Source: a virus (taxonomy: Duplodnaviria > Caudoviricetes). From it: a DNA stretch of 25,034 nucleotides. The stretch spans positions 1-25,034 of IMG/VR virus record IMGVR_UViG_3300038520_000173. One strand, given 5' to 3'. The notes beneath the pieces are model-generated. The model had not been told where the DNA came from and ran no database searches. It was given only the letters and a program-made list of their open reading frames with translations. How positions within the stretch are numbered: the first letter of the stretch is position 1; every line of letters begins with the position of its first letter. The position numbers and the translations under genes are program-made. Below, piece after piece: positions 1 through 9,200 of the stretch.

Positions 1-531
1 GTGGCAGCTACTATAACAGCAACATTATCAAGTGCTAGTGCAAATAGCTATGTCACATTGGCAGAAGCTAATACATACTTTGAAACAGTTCCAGATTCAA
101 GCACCTGGACTAACAAAACAGACGATCAAAAGAACAGAGCATTAATAGCAGCTACAAGATGGATTGATAGTTTTATTTTCTATGGAGATAGATGCGATAA
201 CGGACAGGCACTTAAATTTCCCAGAAATAACTATAAAGTAGATGACGTTGAACTAGCTTGTACTTCTATTCCAAATAACATCAAGTACGCACAATACGAA
301 TTAGCCAGAGCGTTGGCAAATGAAACAGATGCTATGACAGGCAATACAGGTACAGACGGAAATATTGAGGAAGTAAAACTAGGTGATATTCAAGTTAAGT
401 ACAACACAAGTAGTCAAGGCACTGGAACTGTAAACAATATTATGGACAAATATCCTTGGTTACAAAGTTATCTTGGAGCATATATGCTAGGTGGAGCAGG
501 AGCTTTCCAAATGAGGGTGGTTAGAGGCTAA
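1..531 (+). CDS. Head-tail adaptor/connector protein (DnaT-like phage family)
   Basis: Motifs NSYVTLAEANTYF, RALIAATRWID, QALKFPR and AQYELA; first of the head-tail joining genes. The GTG start sits at the window edge. Confidence 0.75.
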   Translation: MAATITATLSSASANSYVTLAEANTYFETVPDSSTWTNKTDDQKNRALIAATRWIDSFIFYGDRCDNGQALKFPRNNYKVDDVELACTSIPNNIKYAQYELARALANETDAMTGNTGTDGNIEEVKLGDIQVKYNTSSQGTGTVNNIMDKYPWLQSYLGAYMLGGAGAFQMRVVRG

Positions 532-914
532 TGGCAGGACAACTAGACACAGCATTAAAGAAGATAGCCAAACAAGTGGTGTCTCAACTTGGGAACTCAT
601 TAGACTCATCAATTATTTACACACGAAAGGGTGTATCTAGCTATGACGCGGACTCAGGTGAGTTCCATACAGTCAATACAACTTACACCATTAAAGTTCC
701 AATAGAGTTTGTACAGTCCAGTGAAGAATCAGGGTTTCAGGAAAACATAGCAAGGTTATACATAACTCCTGATCTTATAGGAAACAACCAACCACTACTC
801 CAAGATGAAATAACGCTTACATTTTCTGGATCGACAAGAGGAGCAAAGATAACAGATATTCGCACACTAAAAGGAGGACAGGAATACCTGTTCCGCATTG
901 ACGTTATTTTCTAA
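531..914 (+). CDS. Head closure/head-tail joining protein
   Basis: 127 aa, beta-rich, coupled to the adaptor gene by a TAATG overlap; size and position are typical. Confidence 0.6.
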   Translation: MAGQLDTALKKIAKQVVSQLGNSLDSSIIYTRKGVSSYDADSGEFHTVNTTYTIKVPIEFVQSSEESGFQENIARLYITPDLIGNNQPLLQDEITLTFSGSTRGAKITDIRTLKGGQEYLFRIDVIF

Positions 915-1342
915 TGACTTTAGTAAACGCACGAGCAGCATTTGAAACAGCCATAAAAGATGCGGTATCTGACGCAGACCCTACTGTAACTGTAGTTTTT
1001 GACAATACACCGTTCAACACTCCAGGGTTAAATAAAAAATATGTAATGGTCAGCCTAGACTTTACACAGGCCACAACTCAACCTCAAGGAGCAGCCCAGA
1101 CATATTACGCTGGTTCCATAAGCTGTGGAGTAATGACCCCAAAAAACAAAGGAACAGGAAGTGCATCAGCAGTAGCCGAATCAGTTATAACAGGACTTAC
1201 ATCAGTTAACACATCTACTTATGTAGATAAATTCGCAGTGTCTCCCCGTGTATCTCAATTAGCTGGACCGACCACTGTAAACAACGAACAAGATAGCCAC
1301 TTCTTAAGTGCTATAACTTGCACATTTACTGCTAATGGCTAG
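914..1342 (+). CDS. Tail terminator/tail completion protein
   Basis: 142 aa with VVFDNTPF and GVMTPKNKGT, resembling tail-terminator families; position in the neck module. Confidence 0.6.
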   Translation: MTLVNARAAFETAIKDAVSDADPTVTVVFDNTPFNTPGLNKKYVMVSLDFTQATTQPQGAAQTYYAGSISCGVMTPKNKGTGSASAVAESVITGLTSVNTSTYVDKFAVSPRVSQLAGPTTVNNEQDSHFLSAITCTFTANG

Positions 1343-1886
1343 AGATATATCATTTCTAACAAAGGATCTTGAAGATCATATACTAAAAGCAAAGAAAAGT
1401 GCTGCTGCTGAAATAGCTTACAAACTACAATTTTTTGCTCCTTGGTGGACAGGTAGCTCTGCTAAAAGCTGGAAAATATCTACAACTCCAGTACAACCCA
1501 CAAAGGTAGTAAATAAAAAAGTTGGTAAGTTTAGATTTGAACTAGGCTCTAAAGTAGGTGGTCCTGTGCCAAAACCAACAGCCAGAGTACCTGTAAAGAA
1601 AAAATCTGTATTTACATCGTTGAAGCAACCTGTCTACATAGGAAACGAGATAAATTACGCAGGATTTACTATAAATAACAAAAACGCAAAGATTCCTGTA
1701 AATGGTTTGGGAATAATAGCTTATGAAGATGTAGGAAGAACAGCAAAAAGCCCCTTAACTTTTACCTACACTCCACAGTGGTACAGAATATACACGAAAA
1801 ACAAAGTAATACTATCTGACATAAATATTGCATTTATTGGAACGAGCAAAAGATTTACAAGTAATATGCCGAGTGTCTACGGTTGA
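1335..1886 (+). CDS. Neck/tail completion protein (HK97 gp10-like)
   Basis: Basic 183-aa protein with PWWTGSSAKSW (variant of P-x-x-TG-x-x-x-x-SW) and VYIGNEINYA. Confidence 0.6.
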   Translation: MARDISFLTKDLEDHILKAKKSAAAEIAYKLQFFAPWWTGSSAKSWKISTTPVQPTKVVNKKVGKFRFELGSKVGGPVPKPTARVPVKKKSVFTSLKQPVYIGNEINYAGFTINNKNAKIPVNGLGIIAYEDVGRTAKSPLTFTYTPQWYRIYTKNKVILSDINIAFIGTSKRFTSNMPSVYG

Positions 1887-1888
1887 GT

Positions 1889-1894
1889 TATACT
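1889..1894 (+). promoter_or_regulatory. Putative -10 element TATACT
   Basis: TATACT directly after the stop at 1886 and 22 nt before ATG 1917; no clear -35 seen. Confidence 0.4.
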
Positions 1895-1916
1895 ACAAGA
1901 ATAAATACAAATTTTT

Positions 1917-2282
1917 ATGGCACCAGTAAGAGCAATCGACAAACTGAAACAGGCTTTCAGTGTTGAAGAACGTAGTAGTTACTCAGTTTTTAAGGGAGAT
2001 GAGCTTGTCCTTAAAATATTTTGGACACCTCTTACGATAGCCGATAGAGATACCATAAACAGTACACTAATAGCTATGAACAAGGGTCAAGATGAAGGTA
2101 GTCTTGACTTTGCACTACAGGTTATTGTTACAAAAGCCGAAGATGAATCAGGTGTAAAAATGTTTTCATCAGGAGATTTACCAGCACTTAGAAGAGAAAT
2201 ACCTCTATCTGTCCTACTAGACATAATGACTAAGATGCAGGGAGTGGGCGAGGAGGAAAGCCCCGATGCCGTAAAAAGCTAA
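1917..2282 (+). CDS. Tail assembly chaperone (G-like)
   Basis: 121 aa with WTPLTIADRD and KAEDESGVKMF, upstream of the tape measure gene. Confidence 0.75.
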   Translation: MAPVRAIDKLKQAFSVEERSSYSVFKGDELVLKIFWTPLTIADRDTINSTLIAMNKGQDEGSLDFALQVIVTKAEDESGVKMFSSGDLPALRREIPLSVLLDIMTKMQGVGEEESPDAVKS

Positions 2283-2478
2283 GTTAGAAAAAGATAGTTT
2301 CGTATTTTTACAATTTTTTATAGCGGAAAAACTAGGTTATACGCACAGAGAAATAAGAGAAAAGATGTCTACCCAAGAATTGTTTGCTTGGAACGCATAC
2401 TTTGAAATAAAAGCTGAACAAGAGAAAAAAGCATACGATGACGCACGAAAACAAGCTCAAATGCGTAAGGTACGCTAA
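2275..2478 (+). CDS. Tail assembly chaperone C-terminal (T-like) extension, probably reached by frameshift; not in the ORF track
   Basis: Open frame KAKLEKDSFVFLQFFIAEKLGYTHREIREKMSTQELFAWNAYFEIKAEQEKK...KVR* with the A-x-x-LG-x-T...MS-x-x-E-x-x-x-W pattern of T domains; it fills the gap between chaperone and tape measure; +1 frame relative to 1917..2282. Confidence 0.7.
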   Translation, partial: KAKLEKDSFVFLQFFIAEKLGYTHREIREKMSTQELFAWNAYFEIKAEQEKKAYDDARKQAQMRKVR

Positions 2479-2504
2479 ACTTTTAGTATCTGACTAATTT
2501 TTTG

Positions 2505-4436
2505 GTGGCTGGCTCAAATTACAGCGTAAATATAACCTTAGATACCTCAAAAGTAGAGGGCAAGTTAAAAGGACTCGAAAAAAGAGTAGCTACTTTTAGA
2601 CAAAATTTAGCAAAACCGTTAAAAATATCTGCTCAGACACAGAAATTAGAAGAAAAGAAGCTAAAGATGCAAGATGCTCAACGGGCATCTATGATCCAAA
2701 CCCGTAAAATAGGAGACATAATACAAAAACAAGAAGAACAAGGGTTAAAAGTAGATAAAGCTAGATCACATTTACGCAAGGCTGCTGTCTTAGACAATCA
2801 GAAGTTATTTAAAGCAGCAGAGACTCAGAGAAAGTTAGCAATGGAAGAGTTAAAGATTGAACAGAATGAATTAAAAGTAAAACAAAAACAAACTCAGGAG
2901 CTTTTAAAGCAAAACGAACTTGAAAGACAGTTATCGGCTTCACAAGGTATAACTGCTCAAGGAGCTTTTAGTAGATTATCAGATAGACAATCACGAGATG
3001 CAGAAGGTAGAAGAACCTTCATGAATAATCGGTTTACAGGATTTATGAGTAATAGATTTGGAGCTACTAGAGGATTTGACGTTGGAAGTGCTCTTATAAG
3101 TGGAGGCTTCCCATTACTATTTGGTCAAGGACCGCTAGGAGCACTGGCTGGCGGTCTTGGCGGTGGTATAGGTGGAATGTTCGGACAAATGGGTGGATTT
3201 GCAGGAGGTATTGCAGCCACAGCAGCACTCCAGCAGATAACCAATGCTATAAATGGTGTTAAAGCATTTGGAGAAGGACTAAAAAATGTAGAAACCTCAC
3301 TGGCAACTGTCACAGAAAAATCACTATTTAGCAGTGATGCAACCCAAAAAAGAGCAGAACAACTTAAAAAACTAGGCAAGCAACAGGAGCTTAACAAACT
3401 ATTAACCCGAGAACTGACAATAGCTTTAGGCGGTAAAGGTTTGGAACGTCTAAAAGAAGTAGGAAAATCCTCTAGAGAATTAGCTAGAACATTCGGTCAA
3501 CTAGGGGCTTCTATCCAAGCTGTATTAGCCAAAGCCATACTTCCAGGAATAAACGCGATAAATACAATATTGTCGGGATTTACTATCCCTTCACAATTTA
3601 AAAATTTTAAGGGAAGTCTGTCTGGTGCTGATCTAAAAAGATTCAACGAAATAGTTTTAGAAGAAAGGGGAACCAGAAAAGATAGAGGCAAAGTAGTACC
3701 AGGTATGCTGACTAATGAAGCAAAGAAAAGGTCAATATCTAGAGCAGTAGGAGAAGGTTTAGGAGGAGATCTAAGTTTATTAGGGGGTACTACCGATCCA
3801 ACAATCGAAGCTAACTTAGATAAACGAATAGCTTTTTTACAGAGATCTTTAGAGGTAGGTAGGGAACAAGCAACTATAGAACAAAAAATAGTAGAGTTTA
3901 AGGATAAAGGAACAGATTTAACCGAAGAAGAAATAGGTAAAAAATTACGTCTTATAAATAATTTACAGAGAACTGAACAGCTATATCAAAAAATTGGATC
4001 AGCAATAGAAAATGGAATTGTTGATGCTATTGAAGGAGCGATACAAGGAACCAAAACACTTGGAGAAGTTGCTCGTAGTGTGTTTGCACAAATTCAAAGA
4101 ACTCTTTTACAAGCTGGTGTAAATTCTTTACTAAGTAAGTTACCTGGAAAATTAGGCGCAGCTTTTGCTGGTGGAGCAGCAGATGGCGGGCCGATAAAAG
4201 GAGGCAAGACATACCTAGTGGGAGAAAGAGGACCAGAGTTATTTACACCAGGAGTTTCGGGAATGGTTACACCAAATCATGCTCTTGGCGGTTCTACAAG
4301 TGTAGTCGTAAACGTAGATGCTTCTGGTTCTTCTGTACAAAGTGATGGTGATGGACAGCAATTTGGTGAAGCTTTAGCCACTGCAATACAATTAGAAATA
4401 ATCAAACAAAAACGTAGTGGAGGTTTACTTTCATAA
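2505..4436 (+). CDS. Tail tape measure protein
   Basis: Helical/coiled-coil N-terminus, Gly-rich hydrophobic segment SALISGGFPLLFGQG..., lambda-type C-terminal ADGGP...YLVGERGPELFTP. Start is GTG 2505 or TTG 2502. Confidence 0.9.
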   Translation: MAGSNYSVNITLDTSKVEGKLKGLEKRVATFRQNLAKPLKISAQTQKLEEKKLKMQDAQRASMIQTRKIGDIIQKQEEQGLKVDKARSHLRKAAVLDNQKLFKAAETQRKLAMEELKIEQNELKVKQKQTQELLKQNELERQLSASQGITAQGAFSRLSDRQSRDAEGRRTFMNNRFTGFMSNRFGATRGFDVGSALISGGFPLLFGQGPLGALAGGLGGGIGGMFGQMGGFAGGIAATAALQQITNAINGVKAFGEGLKNVETSLATVTEKSLFSSDATQKRAEQLKKLGKQQELNKLLTRELTIALGGKGLERLKEVGKSSRELARTFGQLGASIQAVLAKAILPGINAINTILSGFTIPSQFKNFKGSLSGADLKRFNEIVLEERGTRKDRGKVVPGMLTNEAKKRSISRAVGEGLGGDLSLLGGTTDPTIEANLDKRIAFLQRSLEVGREQATIEQKIVEFKDKGTDLTEEEIGKKLRLINNLQRTEQLYQKIGSAIENGIVDAIEGAIQGTKTLGEVARSVFAQIQRTLLQAGVNSLLSKLPGKLGAAFAGGAADGGPIKGGKTYLVGERGPELFTPGVSGMVTPNHALGGSTSVVVNVDASGSSVQSDGDGQQFGEALATAIQLEIIKQKRSGGLLS

Positions 4437-4807
4437 TGACTAATACTTTTCCTTCTATAAATCCTACTTATGGAGTACAAAAAAGATCCGCACCAAGGAC
4501 AACTGAATTACAATTTGGAGATGGATACGTTTCAAGAGCTAATTTTGGATTAAATCAAAATCCGAAAGTATATCAATTAACTTTTGAGGTATCAGAATCG
4601 GATAATTTTAATAGCACAGGTATATCAAGTGCAGATACAATAGAGAATTTTTTAGATGATCGTGCCAAAGATACAGCTAGTTTTAACTTTACACCGCCAG
4701 GAGAGAGTACCTCTTCTCTTTTTGTTTGTAGGCAATGGACTAAATCTATACCTTATTTAAATAGAGCTAGAATACAGGTAACATTTGAAGAGGTATTCCA
4801 ATCATGA
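4436..4807 (+). CDS. Minor tail protein M-like (distal tail protein)
   Basis: FGDGY...GLN, FLD...SFNFTPP and TFEEVF; follows the tape measure gene. Confidence 0.85.
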   Translation: MTNTFPSINPTYGVQKRSAPRTTELQFGDGYVSRANFGLNQNPKVYQLTFEVSESDNFNSTGISSADTIENFLDDRAKDTASFNFTPPGESTSSLFVCRQWTKSIPYLNRARIQVTFEEVFQS

Positions 4808-5391
4808 CAATACCCGTAGAGGAATTACAGAGTTTAAATGGTTTTACCATTATCGAGTTATTTGAACTAAGTCTTCTTGAAAATGTTCATTATGATTCAA
4901 ATAATCCACCACAAATTTTATATAGATTTCATAATGGCACAAATGAAATAAATACAAATCTTATATGGCAAGGTAATACTTATACAGCAATTGCTTGTAA
5001 AGCTGAAGGTTTTGAGACAGGTGATAATACAATTATGGCAAGACCTACATTGACATTCGCAAATAATCTTGGTGTATTTTCAACCTTGATAGAGTTAGTA
5101 AATAGTTTTACTGCATTTAATGATTTACAAAGAGCAGAAGTAAAAAGAATTAGAACACTAGCACAGTTTTTAGATGATGCTAACTTTACAGGTACAAATC
5201 CATTTGGAACGGCAGACCGGACGAAAGAATTAGAACAACAAACATTTTTAATAAATAAAAAAATTATAGAAAATAATCAGATATGCAGTTTTGAACTTGT
5301 AAATAGTATTGATTTTGAAGATTTACAATTACCAAAATTACAAATAACTAAAGATAGATTTCCTGCTGTTGGTAGTTTTGTATTTCAATGA
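4804..5391 (+). CDS. Minor tail protein L-like (tail tip), without the Cys cluster
   Basis: IELFEL, YRFHNGTN, WQGNTY, AEGFE, RPTLTFAN, KRIRTLAQFLDDANF and SFEL match lambda gpL-type motifs. Confidence 0.85.
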   Translation: MTIPVEELQSLNGFTIIELFELSLLENVHYDSNNPPQILYRFHNGTNEINTNLIWQGNTYTAIACKAEGFETGDNTIMARPTLTFANNLGVFSTLIELVNSFTAFNDLQRAEVKRIRTLAQFLDDANFTGTNPFGTADRTKELEQQTFLINKKIIENNQICSFELVNSIDFEDLQLPKLQITKDRFPAVGSFVFQ

Positions 5392-5723
5392 TTTGGAAAG
5401 AAGACGCTAAAAAATATTTACAAGAATGTAAACCTGCTGAAGGTTGTGGTTTGTTAGCTGAAAAAGATGGTGTTGAATTTTTCTGGCCTTGTAAAAATAT
5501 TGCATCTGGCTTGGAAGATGAAATTACTTTTGCATTAAATCCTGTTGATTATGCTGCCTGTGAAGATAGTGGTGCTGAAGTATTAGCTGTCATACATTCT
5601 CATGTAGAGGGCAGTGCAGAACCTTCAGAAGCTGATAAAGATAACTGTAGGATATTTATGTTGGATTGGTATATTTATTCTATACAAGACGATAATTGGT
5701 ACTTTATGGAGACAGAATCATGA
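5388..5723 (+). CDS. Tail assembly protein K-like, JAB/MPN domain only
   Basis: EGCGLL and the JAMM motif HSH-x7-S-x2-D (HSHVEGSAEPSEAD); lies between L and I. Confidence 0.8.
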   Translation: MIWKEDAKKYLQECKPAEGCGLLAEKDGVEFFWPCKNIASGLEDEITFALNPVDYAACEDSGAEVLAVIHSHVEGSAEPSEADKDNCRIFMLDWYIYSIQDDNWYFMETES

Positions 5724-6259
5724 TGAAAAAAATTAAGCTATATGGCCCACTTAGAAAACTATGTGGAGTTAAAGAATTTGAAGCAGATGTATCAAATGTA
5801 GATCAGATTTATAGTTTTTTAAAAGTAAACTATCCACAGTGTCAAAAACATTTATTAGAAGCTTTTTATAATATTCAGATGAATAACAGTGATATTACGT
5901 TTAAAAATATGGTTCTTAAAGGTGAAGGAGAAATAAAATTAATACCAATGATAAGTGGTAACTTTTTTGAAGCATTTTTTATAACACTAATTGGTGGTTG
6001 GTTTAATACAGCTTTAACTTCATTACAAGCTTTTTACGCTGCTCTAACAATGGGAGCATTATCTTTTGTGGCTGATTTGTTAGCTCCAGTGCCACCACAA
6101 CAAACTGTAGATCCACAAGTTGAATCTTTTATTAGTAATCAAACAGCAAATACTACAAAAGCTGGTGGCCCGTCACCCTTAGTTTTTGGTGAATGTTTAG
6201 TTGGTTCTATTGTGATCAGTGCTGGTGCTGATACAGTAACAGTAGCGGACAATTCGTAA
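5720..6259 (+). CDS. Tail assembly protein I-like
   Basis: IKLYGPL ubiquitin-like N-terminus, IKLIPMISG, hydrophobic middle, PLVFGECLVGSIVISAG. Likely start is ATG 5720 (ATGA overlap with K) rather than 5696. Confidence 0.85.
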   Translation: MMKKIKLYGPLRKLCGVKEFEADVSNVDQIYSFLKVNYPQCQKHLLEAFYNIQMNNSDITFKNMVLKGEGEIKLIPMISGNFFEAFFITLIGGWFNTALTSLQAFYAALTMGALSFVADLLAPVPPQQTVDPQVESFISNQTANTTKAGGPSPLVFGECLVGSIVISAGADTVTVADNS

Positions 6260-6262
6260 AAT

Positions 6263-9200
6263 ATGGCAAGAGAAATAAGCAATAAAGATTTTCAATTATC
6301 TGAAAATTTACCTAATGGTTTTTTAAAAGCACAGCAATTTGTTACGCTTTTAGATTTGGTTTCTGATGGTGCAGAAATAGAAGGTTTTGCTACTCCTTCA
6401 AAGAATAATATTAGTATCCCCTCAAGTATGTTAAGGCCAGCTAGTGCAACTGATCCTGAATTTACTTCTACAGAAGAAAGACAATATATAGAACTTGCTC
6501 AAAAAGATATTTTTATGGATGGCCGAGCTATAAGAACGGCAGGTGGTGTTGAAAATATACAAAATACATCTTTAGCAATAAGGGTTGGAGAGACTGATCA
6601 GCCTATTATGTCAGGTGTTAATGAACTGAGGTTAGCCGGCAATCTGACTCCTGGTGAAGTAAAACATAATAACAATCCAGAAGGAAATAAAGTCACTGGT
6701 ACGTTAGACGCAGGTACAGACATAAACAACACTCCAAGAGCAGCAATAGTTACTTTGAATTGGGCTTCTTTAAGGCAAATTAGTCCTGATGACGTGACCT
6801 CAATAGCACTTGCTGTGAACTTTCCACCCTTTGCTGGTCCTAACAATATATTGATTCGTATTAGGTTAAGAGGTGCTGCTGGTGGTTTATTAGCAAATAA
6901 GGAATATAAAATGAACGGTATTTCAGTTGGACCTTTTAGTAAAGATTACAGAATAGAAATACCTGAAAGTATTTATAAAACTGCCTCTGCTAGAAGTTTA
7001 AATTATCCGATAACAGTTGAAGTTCTAAGAGACGACTTAGAATTTAGGGCTGATAGTGCTATTGGTAAAAATCCTTTCGATCCAAACGGTAATAATATTC
7101 TTGAAGAGGGGCAAAAAAGATTTACTACATTTTCATTTGCACGTTTACAGGGTGTGATCCCTAGTGAAAACACTAATTTTTCTGAAACAGCATATATAGG
7201 ATTAAGATATTCTGCAGAACAATTTCCAAATATTCCTCAAAGAAAATATTTTATAAGAGGTATAAAAGTACGAATCCCAACTGGAGTTACTATTGATACT
7301 GCGGATACTGGACGGATTATATATCCATCTGGTTATGTATTTGCTGCAATAACAGGCACAAGAAATCAGTCCGCTGGTAAATTTTGGACTACGGATCCAG
7401 CTTGGATTTTATATGCACTTTTAACTGAAGATTATGGTCTTAACATTGAAGACACCAAAATTGACAAAGCATCTTTTTATGCAGCAAGTCTTTATTGTTC
7501 AGCCTTTGGTAATAGCGGAAAACCACGTTATTCATTTAATGGAGTCATTAAAACCAGGAAAAAAGCACTGGAAATAATTAGAGAAGTTGCTGCTTTGATG
7601 AGAGCTACTTTGTACTACAAAAATGGATCGTTAAAGATTGCTCTTGATAAACCTGAAACTGTTGTTTCATATCTGTTTACAAATGCAAATGTAATTGATG
7701 GTATTTTTAGTTATTCTGGAACGGAAAAAGATAAAAAATTTACACAAGTAAATGTTTCATATTTCAATAATGATATACAGGAGTTAGATCAGGTATCAAT
7801 AAGAGAAGAAACTTCTTTTCAAAAATTTGGACTTAATCAAACTAATATTCAAGCTTTATATACTACTGATAGAGATCAAGCTTTAAGGTTTGGACGTTCA
7901 ATAATTTATAGTTCTACTTTTGAATCTGAAATAGTTTCTTTTGATTGTGGTCTAGAAGCTGCCTGTATACTGGAACCTTTTATGCTTATAAAAATAGCAG
8001 ATAGAACTAGAGAAACTATAAGAGCTAGTGGCAGAATTAATTCAGTAACAAGTTCAACAGTTCTAGTAGTAGATGACAGTACAGATACTAGTGTAGGTAT
8101 TGCTGGAGATAGTTTTTTAATTATTGATAAAAATGGTGGGGTACAAGAAAAAACAATACAAACAGTTAGTGGAAGTACCATTACGCTTTCAAGTGCATTA
8201 AATCCACTACCTCAAGCTGGTACGATATGGGCGGTAAAAACAGGTAATGTTCAACACAGAAAATATAGGATTACTAATATAAAACAGAAAGATAATTTTG
8301 TTTTTTCAATTACAGCAGTCGTTTATGACGATAACAAATATACATATATAGATAATTTTGCCACATCAATTTTCGGAATAGGGAGAGAACCTACAACTTT
8401 AATTGATACATTACCCTCTCCTGAAATACAAGAATTAAAAGAAGAACTTGTAGTTGTTAATAATAGAGCGCAAAGTAGAATTGTTTTAAATTTTGCCCAT
8501 GTAGATGGGGCAAGAAATTACCAAATTAGTTATAAACATAATAGTGGTGATCCTGTAGTCCAAAACACTAGTGATAATCAATTTATAATTGCAAATAATC
8601 AAACTGGTACATATGAATTTTCTATTAGAACATTTAACTCTACAATTTTACTAAGTGAATCTGTTTCTACTAGAACAATTAATGCTGTTGGTTTATCTGC
8701 ACCACCAGCAAATGTATCTAATTTAAGATTTGAAGAAAGTAAAGATGATTTAATTTTAATATGGGATCGTGCAACTGATAAAGATGTCTTGTTTGGAGGT
8801 AAGGTTAAAATTAAATATGCTTTAGTATCTGATGGTACTGCTACTTCTCAAAATGCAAACTTGTTATTAGAGCTAGATGGTAATTCAGATCAGGCAATAA
8901 TAAAAGATTATCAAAGTGGTGAATATTTTGTAAGTTTTATAGATGTTGTAGGTAATGAATCAGTGAGTGCAACTTCTGTTGTGGTAAATAGAACGATTAC
9001 ATCAGAAAATCTTGTTGCTGCACAAATAAGAGAAAATCCAGGTTTTGGAGGGGGAAAAGTAAATTTAACAGTAGATAGTACAGTCAATGGTTTAGTTCTT
9101 ATAAGTGGCACTACTATAGATTCACTTACAGATTTTAATACTTTAGCTTTAGCAGATGGTACAACCTTTGCAAATATTGATGCTGTTACATCAGGTATTT

